The translations under genes and the position numbers were made by a program. Under the pieces are notes generated by a model. The model did not search any database and was not told the DNA's origin. It saw only the letters and a list, made by a program, of their open reading frames with translations. Shown one piece after another: positions 19,065 to 29,177 of a stretch of 64,000 nucleotides of DNA (within the stretch, counting starts at the first letter, position 1; each line of letters starts with the position of its first letter). The stretch comes from Planctomycetota bacterium. GTDB taxonomy: Bacteria > Planctomycetota > UBA8108 > UBA1146 > JAJFFE01. The stretch is taken from positions 30,884 to 94,883 of the forward strand of contig JAJFFE010000145.1 in assembly GCA_021776775.1 (NCBI GenBank), written 5' to 3'.

Positions 19065-21218
19065 CTAGCGGGGTTGATACATCGAGCGGCGAATCCGGTA
19101 GTTGTACGATCGGGGCGCGCCGTCCACTACGGACTGGTACGCCTCGTGGGCGCGCTTCAGATCTTCTTCTCCGATATCCTGGGCTCGAGCCCACGCCACG
19201 GCCCTCGAGCCAAACTCGGCAAGCTCTTCATCGGAGTCGAGATCGAAGACTTCGCGGAACACGCTCTTGAACGATTGAGACTCGTCGCGATGCACGAGCC
19301 GCGCTTCGTACTCGGCCAACTTTGCAGAGTGTTCGCGAGACAAGTACTGATAGTAGAGCCAGACGCTTGTGTACCCCTTGAACGACTTGCCACCGTCAGA
19401 GATCTCTTCGTACTGTCGGTCGACGAGATCATCCAAGCTCAAGACGCCGTGTTCTCGAAACTGCCTCAACCATGATTCGTTGGTGGGGTTCACGAACTGA
19501 CCGAACCTGATCTGTCCGGCGAAATCGACGGGGTACTCGTGATACGTCGTGAAGCCGTCGGACTGAAACGGTGGCACATTGCCGTCGAGAAGAAGGTTGT
19601 TGACGTGATGGCCGATCTCGTGAGGAAGCGCTCCCCATAGAGTCTCCGTCGCGGGCATGGGCTTGCCGTCCTGACCGAGCTGGCCGTCCCAGAACAATAC
19701 GATTTGCTTGCGAGAAGAACCCTCGCTCATAGCGTTACTCTCGATGCCAGAGTTCTGAAGATGTTCCGGGCGACAGCCACTCCAGAAACCGCCCGAACTG
19801 CGCGCTATCCGGTGCCCACTGCGATCACACCACTCTTCGAACTTCTTCTGCGAGCGCAGCATGAGGAGGACGGCCTTCTTTTCCTTCGGCCGACTGCCCG
19901 GCAGCTCACGACTCAACCGCTCTGCGAGCTGATTTCGATGACCGTACTCGCGGATGTACGCTGCGAGAACTCTCTCCGCAGTTCGTGCAATCAGAGCCGA
20001 CTCACCGGGACCGACCTGAGACAAGACGACGAAGTGTGCGCTGTCGTAACGGCTAAACTCACCACTGCCGTAGGTGACCTTCGCTCCTTCCGCCGGCGTC
20101 ACGAGCTCTTGGCTACTGATCCCGAGAATCCTCGCCTTCTTGGCATCGACGGCGATGACACTCGACCCCGTGTTCACGCCGAGCGCTTCGATCTGCTCTT
20201 CGAACTCCTTCATGTCGACCGGTTGCAGCCCTTCGTGCTTCTTCCCCTTCGCCTCCGCCTTCTTTGCCTTCTCGTTTGCTATGGCGTTGACGAAACCGGC
20301 GACCGTCTTGGTCATTTCGATTCTCTGGACCGCACGCTTCCAGATATCTTGCGCAGCACTTTTCAGATGCTCGGTCCCCTTCGCGTGCGCCGCCGTGACG
20401 TCCTCGCCCAAAAGGCGCACGCGGTCGTCCGCGATCGCGATCGCGGCTGCGACGAGCGTCGTCTGGTCCGGGAACGTGAACCGGAGCTCCGTTCCGTCGC
20501 GAACCACTCGAGTCGCGGACTTGCCCAGAGACACAATCAGAGAGTTACAGAAGCGGGTGTAGGCGTTGTTGACCAACGAATCGACGGTATTGTCGTGCGC
20601 TGCTTCCAGACTCTCCCCGTCGATGACATCGCCCCAGAGTAGCTGGTTGTAGCGCAACGAATACGCCTCCATCTGGACGCGCATGCGACAACGGTGACCG
20701 TAGTAAGCCAAGTCCTTGTACGTGACCTTGCCGACTTTGACTTGCCCCGAGCCCAGGTGCTGAGAGCTGATGTTCAGGTGTTGCACCGCTGCCGAAATGA
20801 CAACGTCGACATCGCTGTACTGGTCGGCGATCTGTCGGAGTCGCTCGGGGCTCGGCTCGAGCAGAGCATCTTCTCCGTCCAAGACGACCACGTCTTCGTA
20901 GACCCCCGCTTCGCGAAGCGTCTGGATGAGAACGTCCTGCAGCGCGCCCGCCGCAGACTTCCCGAAGTACGCTCCGTCGCTAGTCCACGTCGGCGCGTGA
21001 AACGGTAGCGAGCGATCGTCGCGGAACGGGACGATGCCGACTTTTCCGCTGAAGATCGGGGTCGTGCCCTCCGGGCGGGCCAACTCGGCCGTCGCTCTGA
21101 GCGTAATCCGCTGCGCCGAACTGCAGCCGACGGCGGCCGCTGCCAACGCGATGATTAACGGGAACAGACGGCTGACGCTTGAATGCGAACTCAGCATGAT
21201 CATCTCCACTGCAATCAT
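19065..21218 (-). CDS. lipoprotein with C-terminal zincin-like HExxH (HEIGHHV) domain, putative metalloprotease
   Basis: Lipobox AAAAVGCSS. HEIGHHVNN motif near residue 540. Confidence 0.55.
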   Translation of the reverse strand: MIAVEMIMLSSHSSVSRLFPLIIALAAAAVGCSSAQRITLRATAELARPEGTTPIFSGKVGIVPFRDDRSLPFHAPTWTSDGAYFGKSAAGALQDVLIQTLREAGVYEDVVVLDGEDALLEPSPERLRQIADQYSDVDVVISAAVQHLNISSQHLGSGQVKVGKVTYKDLAYYGHRCRMRVQMEAYSLRYNQLLWGDVIDGESLEAAHDNTVDSLVNNAYTRFCNSLIVSLGKSATRVVRDGTELRFTFPDQTTLVAAAIAIADDRVRLLGEDVTAAHAKGTEHLKSAAQDIWKRAVQRIEMTKTVAGFVNAIANEKAKKAEAKGKKHEGLQPVDMKEFEEQIEALGVNTGSSVIAVDAKKARILGISSQELVTPAEGAKVTYGSGEFSRYDSAHFVVLSQVGPGESALIARTAERVLAAYIREYGHRNQLAERLSRELPGSRPKEKKAVLLMLRSQKKFEEWCDRSGHRIARSSGGFWSGCRPEHLQNSGIESNAMSEGSSRKQIVLFWDGQLGQDGKPMPATETLWGALPHEIGHHVNNLLLDGNVPPFQSDGFTTYHEYPVDFAGQIRFGQFVNPTNESWLRQFREHGVLSLDDLVDRQYEEISDGGKSFKGYTSVWLYYQYLSREHSAKLAEYEARLVHRDESQSFKSVFREVFDLDSDEELAEFGSRAVAWARAQDIGEEDLKRAHEAYQSVVDGAPRSYNYRIRRSMYQPR

Positions 21219-21382
21219 TCATGCACGCGCCAGGATCAGACTCATAGTGTCGTCACAATGAACCTGCTATTGCCTCGACGCCAATGCCGATGAAATAAAC
21301 ACGAAGACGTGTCGGCTGGATAGTAGTCGTTTGCAGATCGCGTTGGAACGCAGATTCCCGAAGGCAGAAAAGGGAACGCGGG

Positions 21383-23443
21383 CTACGCGCGGCCGCCCTC
21401 AGTGTCGGATCGACGGATCGATTCGATCTCGCGCTCTAGTTCGGCAATGCGTTTGGCGTCGTCGGAGTTGCCGAGGACGTTTGCGCGGTGACGGCGGCGT
21501 TGAGTGACCAAGAACCTCGCGCACAACGTGGCGCGCTGCATCCACGTGAGGGCGATATCGGGTCGACGTCGAGTCAGGAGGCGCCACGCCATCGACGCCG
21601 AGTGCTGGTAGTACCACGGCACTCGCGCCAGAAGGCTGCGGATGGGTGATCGAAACAACGACCGGTGCTGGCGATCGATGCTGCGGCCGCCGGTTTCGCG
21701 ACGGAACCACAGCTCTTTCGAAACCTGCAGTAGCTCTCCCTGAAACGCCAGCTCTGCGATCAGCAAACGATCGGGTGCAATGACCGGACGGAACACGTCG
21801 GCTCGCTCGATTGCGTCGGTGCGATACAGCCCGTAGACGATACTGCCTGCGCCCCGCAACTCCCGGAAGACGTGGCGAAGACGCGTGTCGGTATCGGCCA
21901 GTCCGCGCGTGTCGAACCGGATCGGCAAACGTGGAAGCTGCACGTTCTGTTCGTCGACGAGTTGCGTCAGAGGGTAGGCGAGGACCGCGGTTCGGTGGGC
22001 GTCGAGTTCTTCGACCAGCGTACCGAGCCACTTCGGATGCCACACGTCGTGATCGCTCGCCCATGCGAAATACTCCGCCTCCGGACACTCTCGGCGAACC
22101 ACCTCGAATGCACGTTGCCAGGTGCGCACCATGGCGAGGCGAGACGGGTTGCATACCGCGACGATGCGATCGTCGCGCGCGGCGTACTCGTCGATAATGG
22201 ACGGGGTCTCGTCGGACGAGGCGTCGTCGATGAGAATCAACCGAAACTCGCGGTACTCCTGAGCGAGCAACGAGTCGAGTGCTTCGCGTAGATACTTCGC
22301 GTTGTTGTGGAGAGTCATGCCGATGCCGACACGTACAGCAGGCGGACGCGTGGCATTGTCAGGCGCATTGACGACAACCGTCTCGCGGGATCGACGAGGG
22401 TCGCCGGCGCGACCCGACGCCACCTTCGCGCGCCCGACGAGGTGATGGTACGCGCGCTTGCGCTTACCCTTGCGCACGATCGGCTTGGCCGCCGCGGTGT
22501 AGTCATCGGGAAGGATGTCGATCTCTTCGACGCGAAAGCTCTCCGCGATCAACTCACCCACATGGCTCAGCTGCGGATTGTGCGACGACTTGTCGCGATT
22601 CAAGCTGTAGAGATACGGACACTCAAGTTTAGCGGCGGCGCTGACGTAGTCGCGCACTTGGGCCGTCGTCATTTCTTGAAACGACACCATGTTGATCGCG
22701 AGGTCGAGCTTCGGCGGTCGGAACGCATCCATGGCGGTGTTGGGCAAGAAGACGAAGTCGACACCCTCCCAACCGTCGAAGAGTTCGTCGTCCGGCCGCT
22801 CCCCGTAGAACTTCATGACGGCGTCCGGGAACAGCGCACTCAAATACGTCGCCGAGATCAGGAACAACTCCGGCAGGTCGACGATGACGTACGTGGTGTT
22901 GGGAACGACGCGCTTGAACTGATACGCAAACCCGCCCCAACCGGCGCCGATCTCCCAAACAATGTTGCGGTCGTCGTTGCCGAGCAGACGTTCGAGGATG
23001 CCCGACTTCTCCAGGCCGAGCATGATCTCGGCGAACTTGAGCGTGTCGACGTTGTACAAGCCACCGTCGATGTCGTGCCCGTATCCTCCGAGTGTCTCTG
23101 GTTCCGGGTGGATCAACTGGTGCGCGCGTCGTGGCGAAACCCGGCCGGCCAGGGTGCGCAACTCCTCAAAGCGCGCGGCAAGCGAGGCGCGCCGCGGCTC
23201 TTGGTGGCTGCGATAGTCGTATACCCGAATGCCGGTGACGTGGTGGCAGTGGTGGCGAAGCTTTCGAATGACGGCGGGCGACGCTTCGGCCAAGTACTCG
23301 ATGTTTTCGAGCTCTTCCGACCAGTACTCACTCGGGTCGGCACTTCCGGTAGGATCAGAACTCTTCATCCGGGCGAAGTGCTCGCGGACTTCGAGATACC
23401 GCTGGTACACGAACGATTCGTCGGAGAACTCGAGACGGCGCAA
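21383..23443 (-). CDS. bifunctional class I SAM methyltransferase / glycosyltransferase family 2 protein
   Basis: N-terminal WEIGAGWGGFAYQF methyltransferase fold. C-terminal GT2 with LHNNAKYLREALDSLLAQEY...LILIDDASSDET. Confidence 0.75.
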   Translation of the reverse strand: MRRLEFSDESFVYQRYLEVREHFARMKSSDPTGSADPSEYWSEELENIEYLAEASPAVIRKLRHHCHHVTGIRVYDYRSHQEPRRASLAARFEELRTLAGRVSPRRAHQLIHPEPETLGGYGHDIDGGLYNVDTLKFAEIMLGLEKSGILERLLGNDDRNIVWEIGAGWGGFAYQFKRVVPNTTYVIVDLPELFLISATYLSALFPDAVMKFYGERPDDELFDGWEGVDFVFLPNTAMDAFRPPKLDLAINMVSFQEMTTAQVRDYVSAAAKLECPYLYSLNRDKSSHNPQLSHVGELIAESFRVEEIDILPDDYTAAAKPIVRKGKRKRAYHHLVGRAKVASGRAGDPRRSRETVVVNAPDNATRPPAVRVGIGMTLHNNAKYLREALDSLLAQEYREFRLILIDDASSDETPSIIDEYAARDDRIVAVCNPSRLAMVRTWQRAFEVVRRECPEAEYFAWASDHDVWHPKWLGTLVEELDAHRTAVLAYPLTQLVDEQNVQLPRLPIRFDTRGLADTDTRLRHVFRELRGAGSIVYGLYRTDAIERADVFRPVIAPDRLLIAELAFQGELLQVSKELWFRRETGGRSIDRQHRSLFRSPIRSLLARVPWYYQHSASMAWRLLTRRRPDIALTWMQRATLCARFLVTQRRRHRANVLGNSDDAKRIAELEREIESIRRSDTEGGRA

Positions 23444-23667
23444 CGGCGTCGCTCCTCATGATCGGGGAAGTGCAAACAGCGGCAGCGGACGAGTTTTACC
23501 GAAAGAGCCGGTTCTCGACTAGAGGCCCGGCCGGCGCGTTCGTCAAAGCGGTGGAGGTACTGTCATCGATCGCCCCTTGCGACGCCCTGCTTTTCGACTT
23601 GATCTCGCCCTATGAACCTTCTAAACCCAACCATGGCCGCCGCTCTCCCAAGTGAGACGCTTCTTCG

Positions 23668-26600
23668 ATGATCGCTCCCCAACCTCCGAACGCTGACGCC
23701 GTGTCCGCGACCCCGTCGGTTTCGACGGGCGGCGCGACCGCTCCATCGAGACTCCATCTCGCGTTTTGCATGCGGCATTCGGGCTACTTACGACTTTACG
23801 AGTCTTTCCTCAGGGAACTCGCCGCACGCGGTCACACCGTTCATCTCGTGATCCGACAGTTCGACGCACTCTACGACGAGCGCGTGCTCGGAGCGCTCGA
23901 AGAAGAACTGGTGCCACACCTGACTTGGGAAGTACTCGACGAAACCCGTCTCGAGCCGGGTCGGCTGCTGCTGCGACTGCTGCGTTGCATGCAGGACTAC
24001 CTGCGTTACTTAGCCCCGGCGTACCGAACCGCGCACTCGCTGCGCGCGCGCGCAGCAACCCGCCTCCCACGAGTCGCGCGCGCTGTTTGCAACGTCGTCG
24101 GTCGATCGCAAGCGTTGAGCTGGGGGCTGATTCGACTCCTGCGCGGCGTCGACCAATGTGTCGGCGCCCCGACCTCACTCGTCGAATGGCTCGACGCCCG
24201 TCAACCCGACGCGCTGATCATCACACCGCTCGTCGACTTCGGGGCGACTCAGTTGCCGTGGATGAAGGCAGCGCGAGTCGCCAGCACACCGACCATTCTC
24301 GCCGTCGCGAGTTGGGACAATCTGACCAACAAGGGGTTGGTCCAGCTCGAACCCGACGGCGTCCTCTTGTGGAACCGCTTTCAAGAAAAGGAAGCGCGAA
24401 CCTTCCACCGGTTGACGCGGACACGCATTGCCACGACCGGTGCGCAAGTCTTCGATCCATGGTTCGCCATGAAGCCGTCGACGACCGAAACGGAGTTCCG
24501 CCAACGGGTGGGGCTCGAGCCCGATCGCAACCACCTGCTGTACCTGTGCTCTTCGCCTTTCATCGCCCCGGACGAGGTCTCTTTCGTGAAGCGTTGGCTC
24601 GACGCCTTGAGAAACTCGGATGCTCTCGGCGCGAAGACGGTCGGCGTGTTGATTCGGCCGCACCCACAGAATGCCACGCAGTGGGACGCGTTCGATGAAA
24701 CCGAGTACCCGAACGTCGCCGTTCACCCCCGCGGCGGGGCGACCCCGATTCACACCTCGACGAGAAACGACTTCTTCGACTCGATGGCGCACGCGCAAGC
24801 GGTCATCGGCATCAATACGAGCGCTATGATCGAAGCGGGCATCCTCGACAAGCCGGTGTTCACCATTCAAGACGACGACTTCGTGGCCACGCAGGAGGGC
24901 ACGCTTCACTACCACTACCTGGTCGACGGCGGTCTGCTGACAGTCGCCAACGACCTGCCGGAGCATCTCGACCAACTTCGGGGCACCTTGATCGGGGCCG
25001 ATCCCCAAGCGGAAGCGCGTCGTTCGTTCGTCGCGGAGTTCATTCGTCCGCACGGCTGGGAAACGCCGGCCGCCGAGGTATTGACCGACAGCGTGGAATC
25101 GATGACGGCCGAGCTGCGCGCTCATCCGCGAACGCCCAGCATCGGCGAACGAGTCGCCGCGCTCCCAAGTGGCGCGTCGAAAGCGCTCGCTCGCCACCCC
25201 CGCGCCGCGCTGTTGTTGACCGCGTTGGCGTTGCCATTCCTGACGCTCGGCCGCTGGATCGCCAGTTGGGGCAACAGTCGACGAGTGCTCCATCTTCTGC
25301 GCTGCGGACATCAACGCGACGCGGCGGCGATCCCCGATCCGTTGCTGTTCGGCGATCTCGTGCGAGCGCCCGGACGCAAGGTTTCCGTGCTGCTCAATGG
25401 ATCGATTGCTGCCCGCTGCCTCGGCGTGGCCCTGACGCCGTTGTTGCTCGTCGCGTTTTTCTTGGTGATCGTCTACGGCGCGGCCGTGGCCATCATCGAT
25501 CTCCCCTTCATGCTGGGGTACCCGCTGTTTCTGCTCTGCACTCGCTACCGCTCGCAACCACGAACATTGATCCGCCTCCTGATCGTCGGTCCGACCAAAG
25601 CGCGCACCAGCGCGAGCAAGCTGGACGCGATCCGTGATCCGATTCAGCTGCTCGACGCCATGGACCAACGCTGCTACGGAACGGCGCCGATATCAGCGGT
25701 GCTCAACAAGCTGCGCGCCAGCGATCGACCGGTCGTCATCGGACCGTGGATGGGTGAAGTCGGCTTCGAAGTTCTCTACTGGATTCCGTTTGTCTCATGG
25801 CTCTTGCGCGCGGCGAAGGTCGACAGCGACCGAGTTCATATCGCTTCGCGAGGCGGAACCGCGGAGTGGTATCAGGCGATCGGCGGCCGATACGAAGACC
25901 TGCTTGGCCACCACACGGTCGAAGAGTTCCGCGCGTTTCAGGACCGGCGGGTCCGCGAGATCGGACACCAAAAGCAGTCGAAGATCACCGGGGCTGATCG
26001 CTCGGCGCTGGCCCCTGTTCTCGACGCTTGGGATGTCCAGCAGTACGAGTTGGTGCATCCATCGATCATGTACGGCGTCTTCCGCCACTTCTGGTTCGGC
26101 GAGATGCCGCTACGCGCAATCGGCTTGCTGTGCGATTTCAAACGTCTCGAACACCACCGACCGGAGTGGAGCGTCGTTTCCGACTTGCCCGAACAATACG
26201 TCGCCATGAAGTTCTACTTCTCCGAGAGCTTCCCGGACACGTCCGAAACTCGTGCGTTCGTGCGCGACGTTCTGGAGACCGTGGCTCGACACAACAAGGT
26301 CGTGCTCCTCAACACGCAGTTGGAACTCGACGAGCACAAGGAACTGAGCGACGGAATACCCGAGAGTGTCTTGGTTCTGTCGAAGGAGATGCTTCCGCAC
26401 AACAACCTCGAGGTTCAAACCCAGGTGATCGCGGGGGCCAGTGCGTTCATCGGAACGTACGGCGGGTTCTCTTACCTCGCGCCCTTCTACGGAGTTCCGA
26501 GCTTCGCGTTCCATGCCAACGAAGACGGATTCGTGCCGGAGCATGTCGACACTGCTCACCTGGCGTTTCGAACGGCAAACGAACATGCCGCTCTTGCCGC

Positions 26601-26724
26601 GAACTTCACTATGTTCAGCACGCAACAGTGGAAAATCCTAGCCAGCTTCTTCGGTAGCGCCGCCGCCGCGAGCAAAGAAGAATGGCGACGACTTCCGAAT
26701 GACGTTTCCGCTCCGAAGCCTTAG
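23668..26724 (+). CDS. 1018-aa fusion of a TagF-like phosphotransferase/GT-B domain and a second GT-B-like domain (polysaccharide biosynthesis)
   Basis: The N-half is homologous to 14151..15632. The C-half is homologous to 13142..14122. A hydrophobic linker (LLLVAFFLVIVYGAAVAII) lies between the halves. Confidence 0.7.
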   Translation: MIAPQPPNADAVSATPSVSTGGATAPSRLHLAFCMRHSGYLRLYESFLRELAARGHTVHLVIRQFDALYDERVLGALEEELVPHLTWEVLDETRLEPGRLLLRLLRCMQDYLRYLAPAYRTAHSLRARAATRLPRVARAVCNVVGRSQALSWGLIRLLRGVDQCVGAPTSLVEWLDARQPDALIITPLVDFGATQLPWMKAARVASTPTILAVASWDNLTNKGLVQLEPDGVLLWNRFQEKEARTFHRLTRTRIATTGAQVFDPWFAMKPSTTETEFRQRVGLEPDRNHLLYLCSSPFIAPDEVSFVKRWLDALRNSDALGAKTVGVLIRPHPQNATQWDAFDETEYPNVAVHPRGGATPIHTSTRNDFFDSMAHAQAVIGINTSAMIEAGILDKPVFTIQDDDFVATQEGTLHYHYLVDGGLLTVANDLPEHLDQLRGTLIGADPQAEARRSFVAEFIRPHGWETPAAEVLTDSVESMTAELRAHPRTPSIGERVAALPSGASKALARHPRAALLLTALALPFLTLGRWIASWGNSRRVLHLLRCGHQRDAAAIPDPLLFGDLVRAPGRKVSVLLNGSIAARCLGVALTPLLLVAFFLVIVYGAAVAIIDLPFMLGYPLFLLCTRYRSQPRTLIRLLIVGPTKARTSASKLDAIRDPIQLLDAMDQRCYGTAPISAVLNKLRASDRPVVIGPWMGEVGFEVLYWIPFVSWLLRAAKVDSDRVHIASRGGTAEWYQAIGGRYEDLLGHHTVEEFRAFQDRRVREIGHQKQSKITGADRSALAPVLDAWDVQQYELVHPSIMYGVFRHFWFGEMPLRAIGLLCDFKRLEHHRPEWSVVSDLPEQYVAMKFYFSESFPDTSETRAFVRDVLETVARHNKVVLLNTQLELDEHKELSDGIPESVLVLSKEMLPHNNLEVQTQVIAGASAFIGTYGGFSYLAPFYGVPSFAFHANEDGFVPEHVDTAHLAFRTANEHAALAANFTMFSTQQWKILASFFGSAAAASKEEWRRLPNDVSAPKP

Positions 26725-26905
26725 CAGCTGTTCTCAGTTCACGCCGAACCAGCTTCAGTCGGCAAGACCCCCTCCGAACACAATCTGATCCTCCACCGCA
26801 AGATCGGTGAACGGCATCCACTCGACGCCACGCCCGCGCTTGATCTATACGTGGGCCCGATCTACACCCACGTCCCCGGCAAGAGAGCCAGTCAGTCCGC
26901 CCCCC

Positions 26906-27181
26906 CTACACGTGACAAGTTAACGTTGAACAGAAGTCGTGTAACGCCCCGACCAGGTTCTTCGCGTGGAGGCTTCTGACAGGCGGGTGGGGCGCATCGT
27001 GGCGTGGCTCGAACACCAAGTGCACCTGAAATGCCCGAATCTCCTCCGGCCCCATCCCCGAAGGACAACGCCCAAAGAACCGCGCAAACGCCGCAACACA
27101 CTCCACGTACCGACGAACCGTCACCTTCGAGTACTTCCGAAGCTGCATGTCCTCGATCATCCGCTGACGAAGCTGAGTCAT
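26906..27181 (-). pseudogene. intI: truncated integron-integrase-like tyrosine recombinase gene (intI-like). Only the N-terminal ~55 codons are intact.
   Basis: Strong RBS AAGGAG, 7 nt, then ATG. MTQLRQRMIEDMQLRKYSKVTVRRYVECVAAFARFFGRCPSGMGPEEIRAFQVHL matches the IntI N-terminal SAM-like pattern (R.YS..T..YV...F..F...P..MG..EI.AF..HL). The reading frame then enters the 28-bp repeat end (VFEPRHDAP...) and stops. Confidence 0.6.
26989..27018 (-). repeat. 28-bp terminal fragment of the ~285-bp repeat, located exactly at the intI truncation junction
   Basis: GGGCGCATCGTGGCGTGGCTCGAACACC is shared with the ends of repeat copies 1 to 3. Confidence 0.7.
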
Positions 27182-27426
27182 ACCATGACTCCTTTCCGCT
27201 TCGTCTGTCGGACAGATCCATCGAGTTGTATACTTGCGAGCGTAAACGGATGGTCAAGAGGGCGCCGCCCCAGAGCCTAGCGCGCAGCGCTTGAGTTCAA
27301 CTAGTCGCCGCAGCAGACCAAGGGCAGTCTTCCTTCTTCACCACCGGGTGTCACCGGGTCGCATCCGCCCGTACAATCCAAGCTTTCCCTAATGCTGCCC
27401 CTCGCAGCTGAGCTTCGACGTTAGGG
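27182..27426 (+). promoter_or_regulatory. attI-like / promoter region between intI start and first cassette core
   Basis: Perfect 13-bp palindrome TCTGTCGGACAGA at 27204-27216, just upstream of the intI start. TACAAT -10-like box at 27372-27377 faces the cassettes. First R' core GTTAGGG at 27420-27426. Confidence 0.4.
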
Positions 27427-27438
27427 GGACAACCGCAA

Positions 27439-27816
27439 GTGAGAAGGCGTTCGCACAGTATCGTACTACTCGCTCTCCTCGTCCCCGTGCTGCTCTGGTC
27501 GACGTGGCGCGTGGGTTTTCACATCTCTTACGAACCAACGCTGAATTTCCTTGTTTATCCCGAAACCGCTAACGGCGCCGCATTCGTAAAGCGCGTATAC
27601 CTGCCGCGCTTCGAGACGATGTACGACTATGGGCTGGACTGGATTGGCCGCGGGTGCCCGTTCTCAGAGTTCGAGCGTCACATCGACCCTGGCACCAAGA
27701 TCACGTACTATCCGCCAGACGGCTGTTTGTCGTTTGACGTCGTCTACGACAGAGTTGGCCTACTCGACAGAATATCGACCCTCGAGTATGCGCATATCGA
27801 CCTATCGCCACCCTAA
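27439..27816 (+). CDS. cassette ORF 1: small secreted or membrane-anchored hypothetical protein
   Basis: GTG start 12 nt after the GTTAGGG core with a GGGGGA Shine-Dalgarno. N-terminal signal or TM segment. The stop TAA is embedded in CCCTAAC. Confidence 0.5.
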   Translation: MRRRSHSIVLLALLVPVLLWSTWRVGFHISYEPTLNFLVYPETANGAAFVKRVYLPRFETMYDYGLDWIGRGCPFSEFERHIDPGTKITYYPPDGCLSFDVVYDRVGLLDRISTLEYAHIDLSPP

Positions 27817-27938
27817 CTCGTCGCTACCGACCAACGGGGCAGTAGCTTGTGCCACGTCGCGGTCACCCGCACAATGTCGCTTCGTCGAATCCAGTTTCAT
27901 CATCCGCTGCCCCCGGCAGCTGAGCTTCAACGTTGGAC
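27811..27938 (+). other. attC-like site 1 (128 bp): R'' CCCTAAC ... R' G|TTGGAC
   Basis: R'' is the exact complement of the upstream R' GTTAGGG. The 3' half (GCTGCCCCCGGCAGCTGAGCTTCAAC) is conserved with the other cassette junctions. Confidence 0.55.
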
Positions 27939-27945
27939 GGATCGA

Positions 27946-28362
27946 GTGGAAGTCACTCTCCCCGGGATATACATATCCGAGAACTTCGGGGTTGTGCGAA
28001 GCCTGTCGGAGCTCAATACCGGAAACGCGCTGAGCGTCAAAAGCGGCTTCTTTCGGGATCTGGAGTTCTACGACAACGCGGGCAACTCGTGGCGTCCGGC
28101 GAAAGTCGAAGTTCACCCGCGCCCGACATGGTGGCGGGTGCTCTTGAACCTTCGTTGCGAGGTCGAAATCGAGTGGCAACTTGTGGGTCCCCTCGTACCG
28201 TCTCAAGTCGCTGAACGCATTTGCGAGCTGATCGACCAGGACCCGGACGACCTATACGATCAGTTTGTCACCCACGAGGAGTTGAAGGCCCTGGTGCGCG
28301 CAGCACAGGATCCAGCGGCGCTCGTACGGGTGGTTGCGACTCTTGGCGACCCGGAGGAATGA
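27946..28362 (+). CDS. cassette ORF 2: hypothetical cytoplasmic protein (~139 aa)
   Basis: GTG 27946 with a GGACGG Shine-Dalgarno 5 nt upstream. The track ORF 27847 over-extends through attC1. Confidence 0.45.
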   Translation: MEVTLPGIYISENFGVVRSLSELNTGNALSVKSGFFRDLEFYDNAGNSWRPAKVEVHPRPTWWRVLLNLRCEVEIEWQLVGPLVPSQVAERICELIDQDPDDLYDQFVTHEELKALVRAAQDPAALVRVVATLGDPEE

Positions 28363-28366
28363 GACC

Positions 28367-28497
28367 GTCCAACACAGATGGCTTCTATACGAGATCGCCA
28401 AGCAATTGACGACACGACAAGGCCGCACCGACGTTGCCGAACGTGACAACGCAGACGGATAGAAGGTCGGCGGTCTCAGGGTAGAAGCGAGTTGGAC
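28367..28497 (+). other. attC-like site 2 (131 bp): R'' GTCCAAC (5 nt after stop) ... R' GTTGGAC
   Basis: Imperfect inverted repeat: GTCCAAC-acagatg-GCTTCTA-tac-GAGATCGCC ... GGCGGTCTC-aggg-TAGAAGC-ga-GTTGGAC. It has asymmetric unpaired bases, as attC bottom-strand hairpins do. Confidence 0.6.
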
Positions 28498-28634
28498 TCT
28501 GCCGCGGCGCGGTGTTCGGCTATGGAGTTTCTATTGAACGGAACTCTTGGTCGAACGCTTCGAAACGCCCGACGAGGTGGCGGCCAGGGTCGAGATGCGT
28601 TTGCGCATCGGGGAACGCCACTCACTTGTTCCAT

Positions 28635-29057
28635 TCATCCCTCGATCGGGATTCGCGTGGACCGGTGGTTCGTTGAGCCCCGTGTTGTTGGGTACAGGGT
28701 CACTGGATGTCGTGCCGCGTGATACTGAGGTCGCGGCTCGCGTACTCCGGTTGGTTGATCGATGGGTCCTGCCGACTTACGCGACGCGGCGATCTTTGAA
28801 CGCATGAACTCAGTTCCGAACTCCCGTTCCGCGTACCAAGCGTTGTGTGTTGGGCAGAGGGCTCGCAGGTTGATCTCGTCATTCGAGCCGTCCTTGCTGA
28901 ACGGAACCAAGTGATCGATCTGAAGGCCTGTTCGCACGCCACAGCGATGCTGATCACGGCCGACGAATTCGCACCGCTGCCCGGCTTGGTGGAGCACTCG
29001 CTCACGTGTTTCACTTGGAATGTATCGGGATCGTTCCTTGGCCTTTGCAGAGTCCAA
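28635..29057 (-). CDS. HNH endonuclease (inside cassette X, opposite orientation)
   Basis: CEFVGRDQHRC...LQIDHLVPFSKDGSNDEINLRALCPTHN is an HNH/Cys4 motif. Confidence 0.7.
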   Translation of the reverse strand: MDSAKAKERSRYIPSETRERVLHQAGQRCEFVGRDQHRCGVRTGLQIDHLVPFSKDGSNDEINLRALCPTHNAWYAEREFGTEFMRSKIAASRKSAGPIDQPTGVREPRPQYHAARHPVTLYPTTRGSTNHRSTRIPIEG

Positions 29058-29177
29058 GCCGTCAGAACTGGGCGAAACCTCGATGAAAACCCTGTCAAAC
29101 GAAACACGACAAAGTTCTAAAATTCATCGCGCGAAGCTGAATCCAAAACAGACGAACCACCGCGACCGCCAAACCTC

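Noticed and set aside
27370-27440. The three conserved ~65-bp 'leader' elements upstream of cassette ORFs as a riboswitch or shared TF operator.
   Set aside because: They are better explained as the conserved 3' halves (L'-R') of a species-specific attC family. The core upstream of each ORF pairs with the inverse core downstream of the same ORF.
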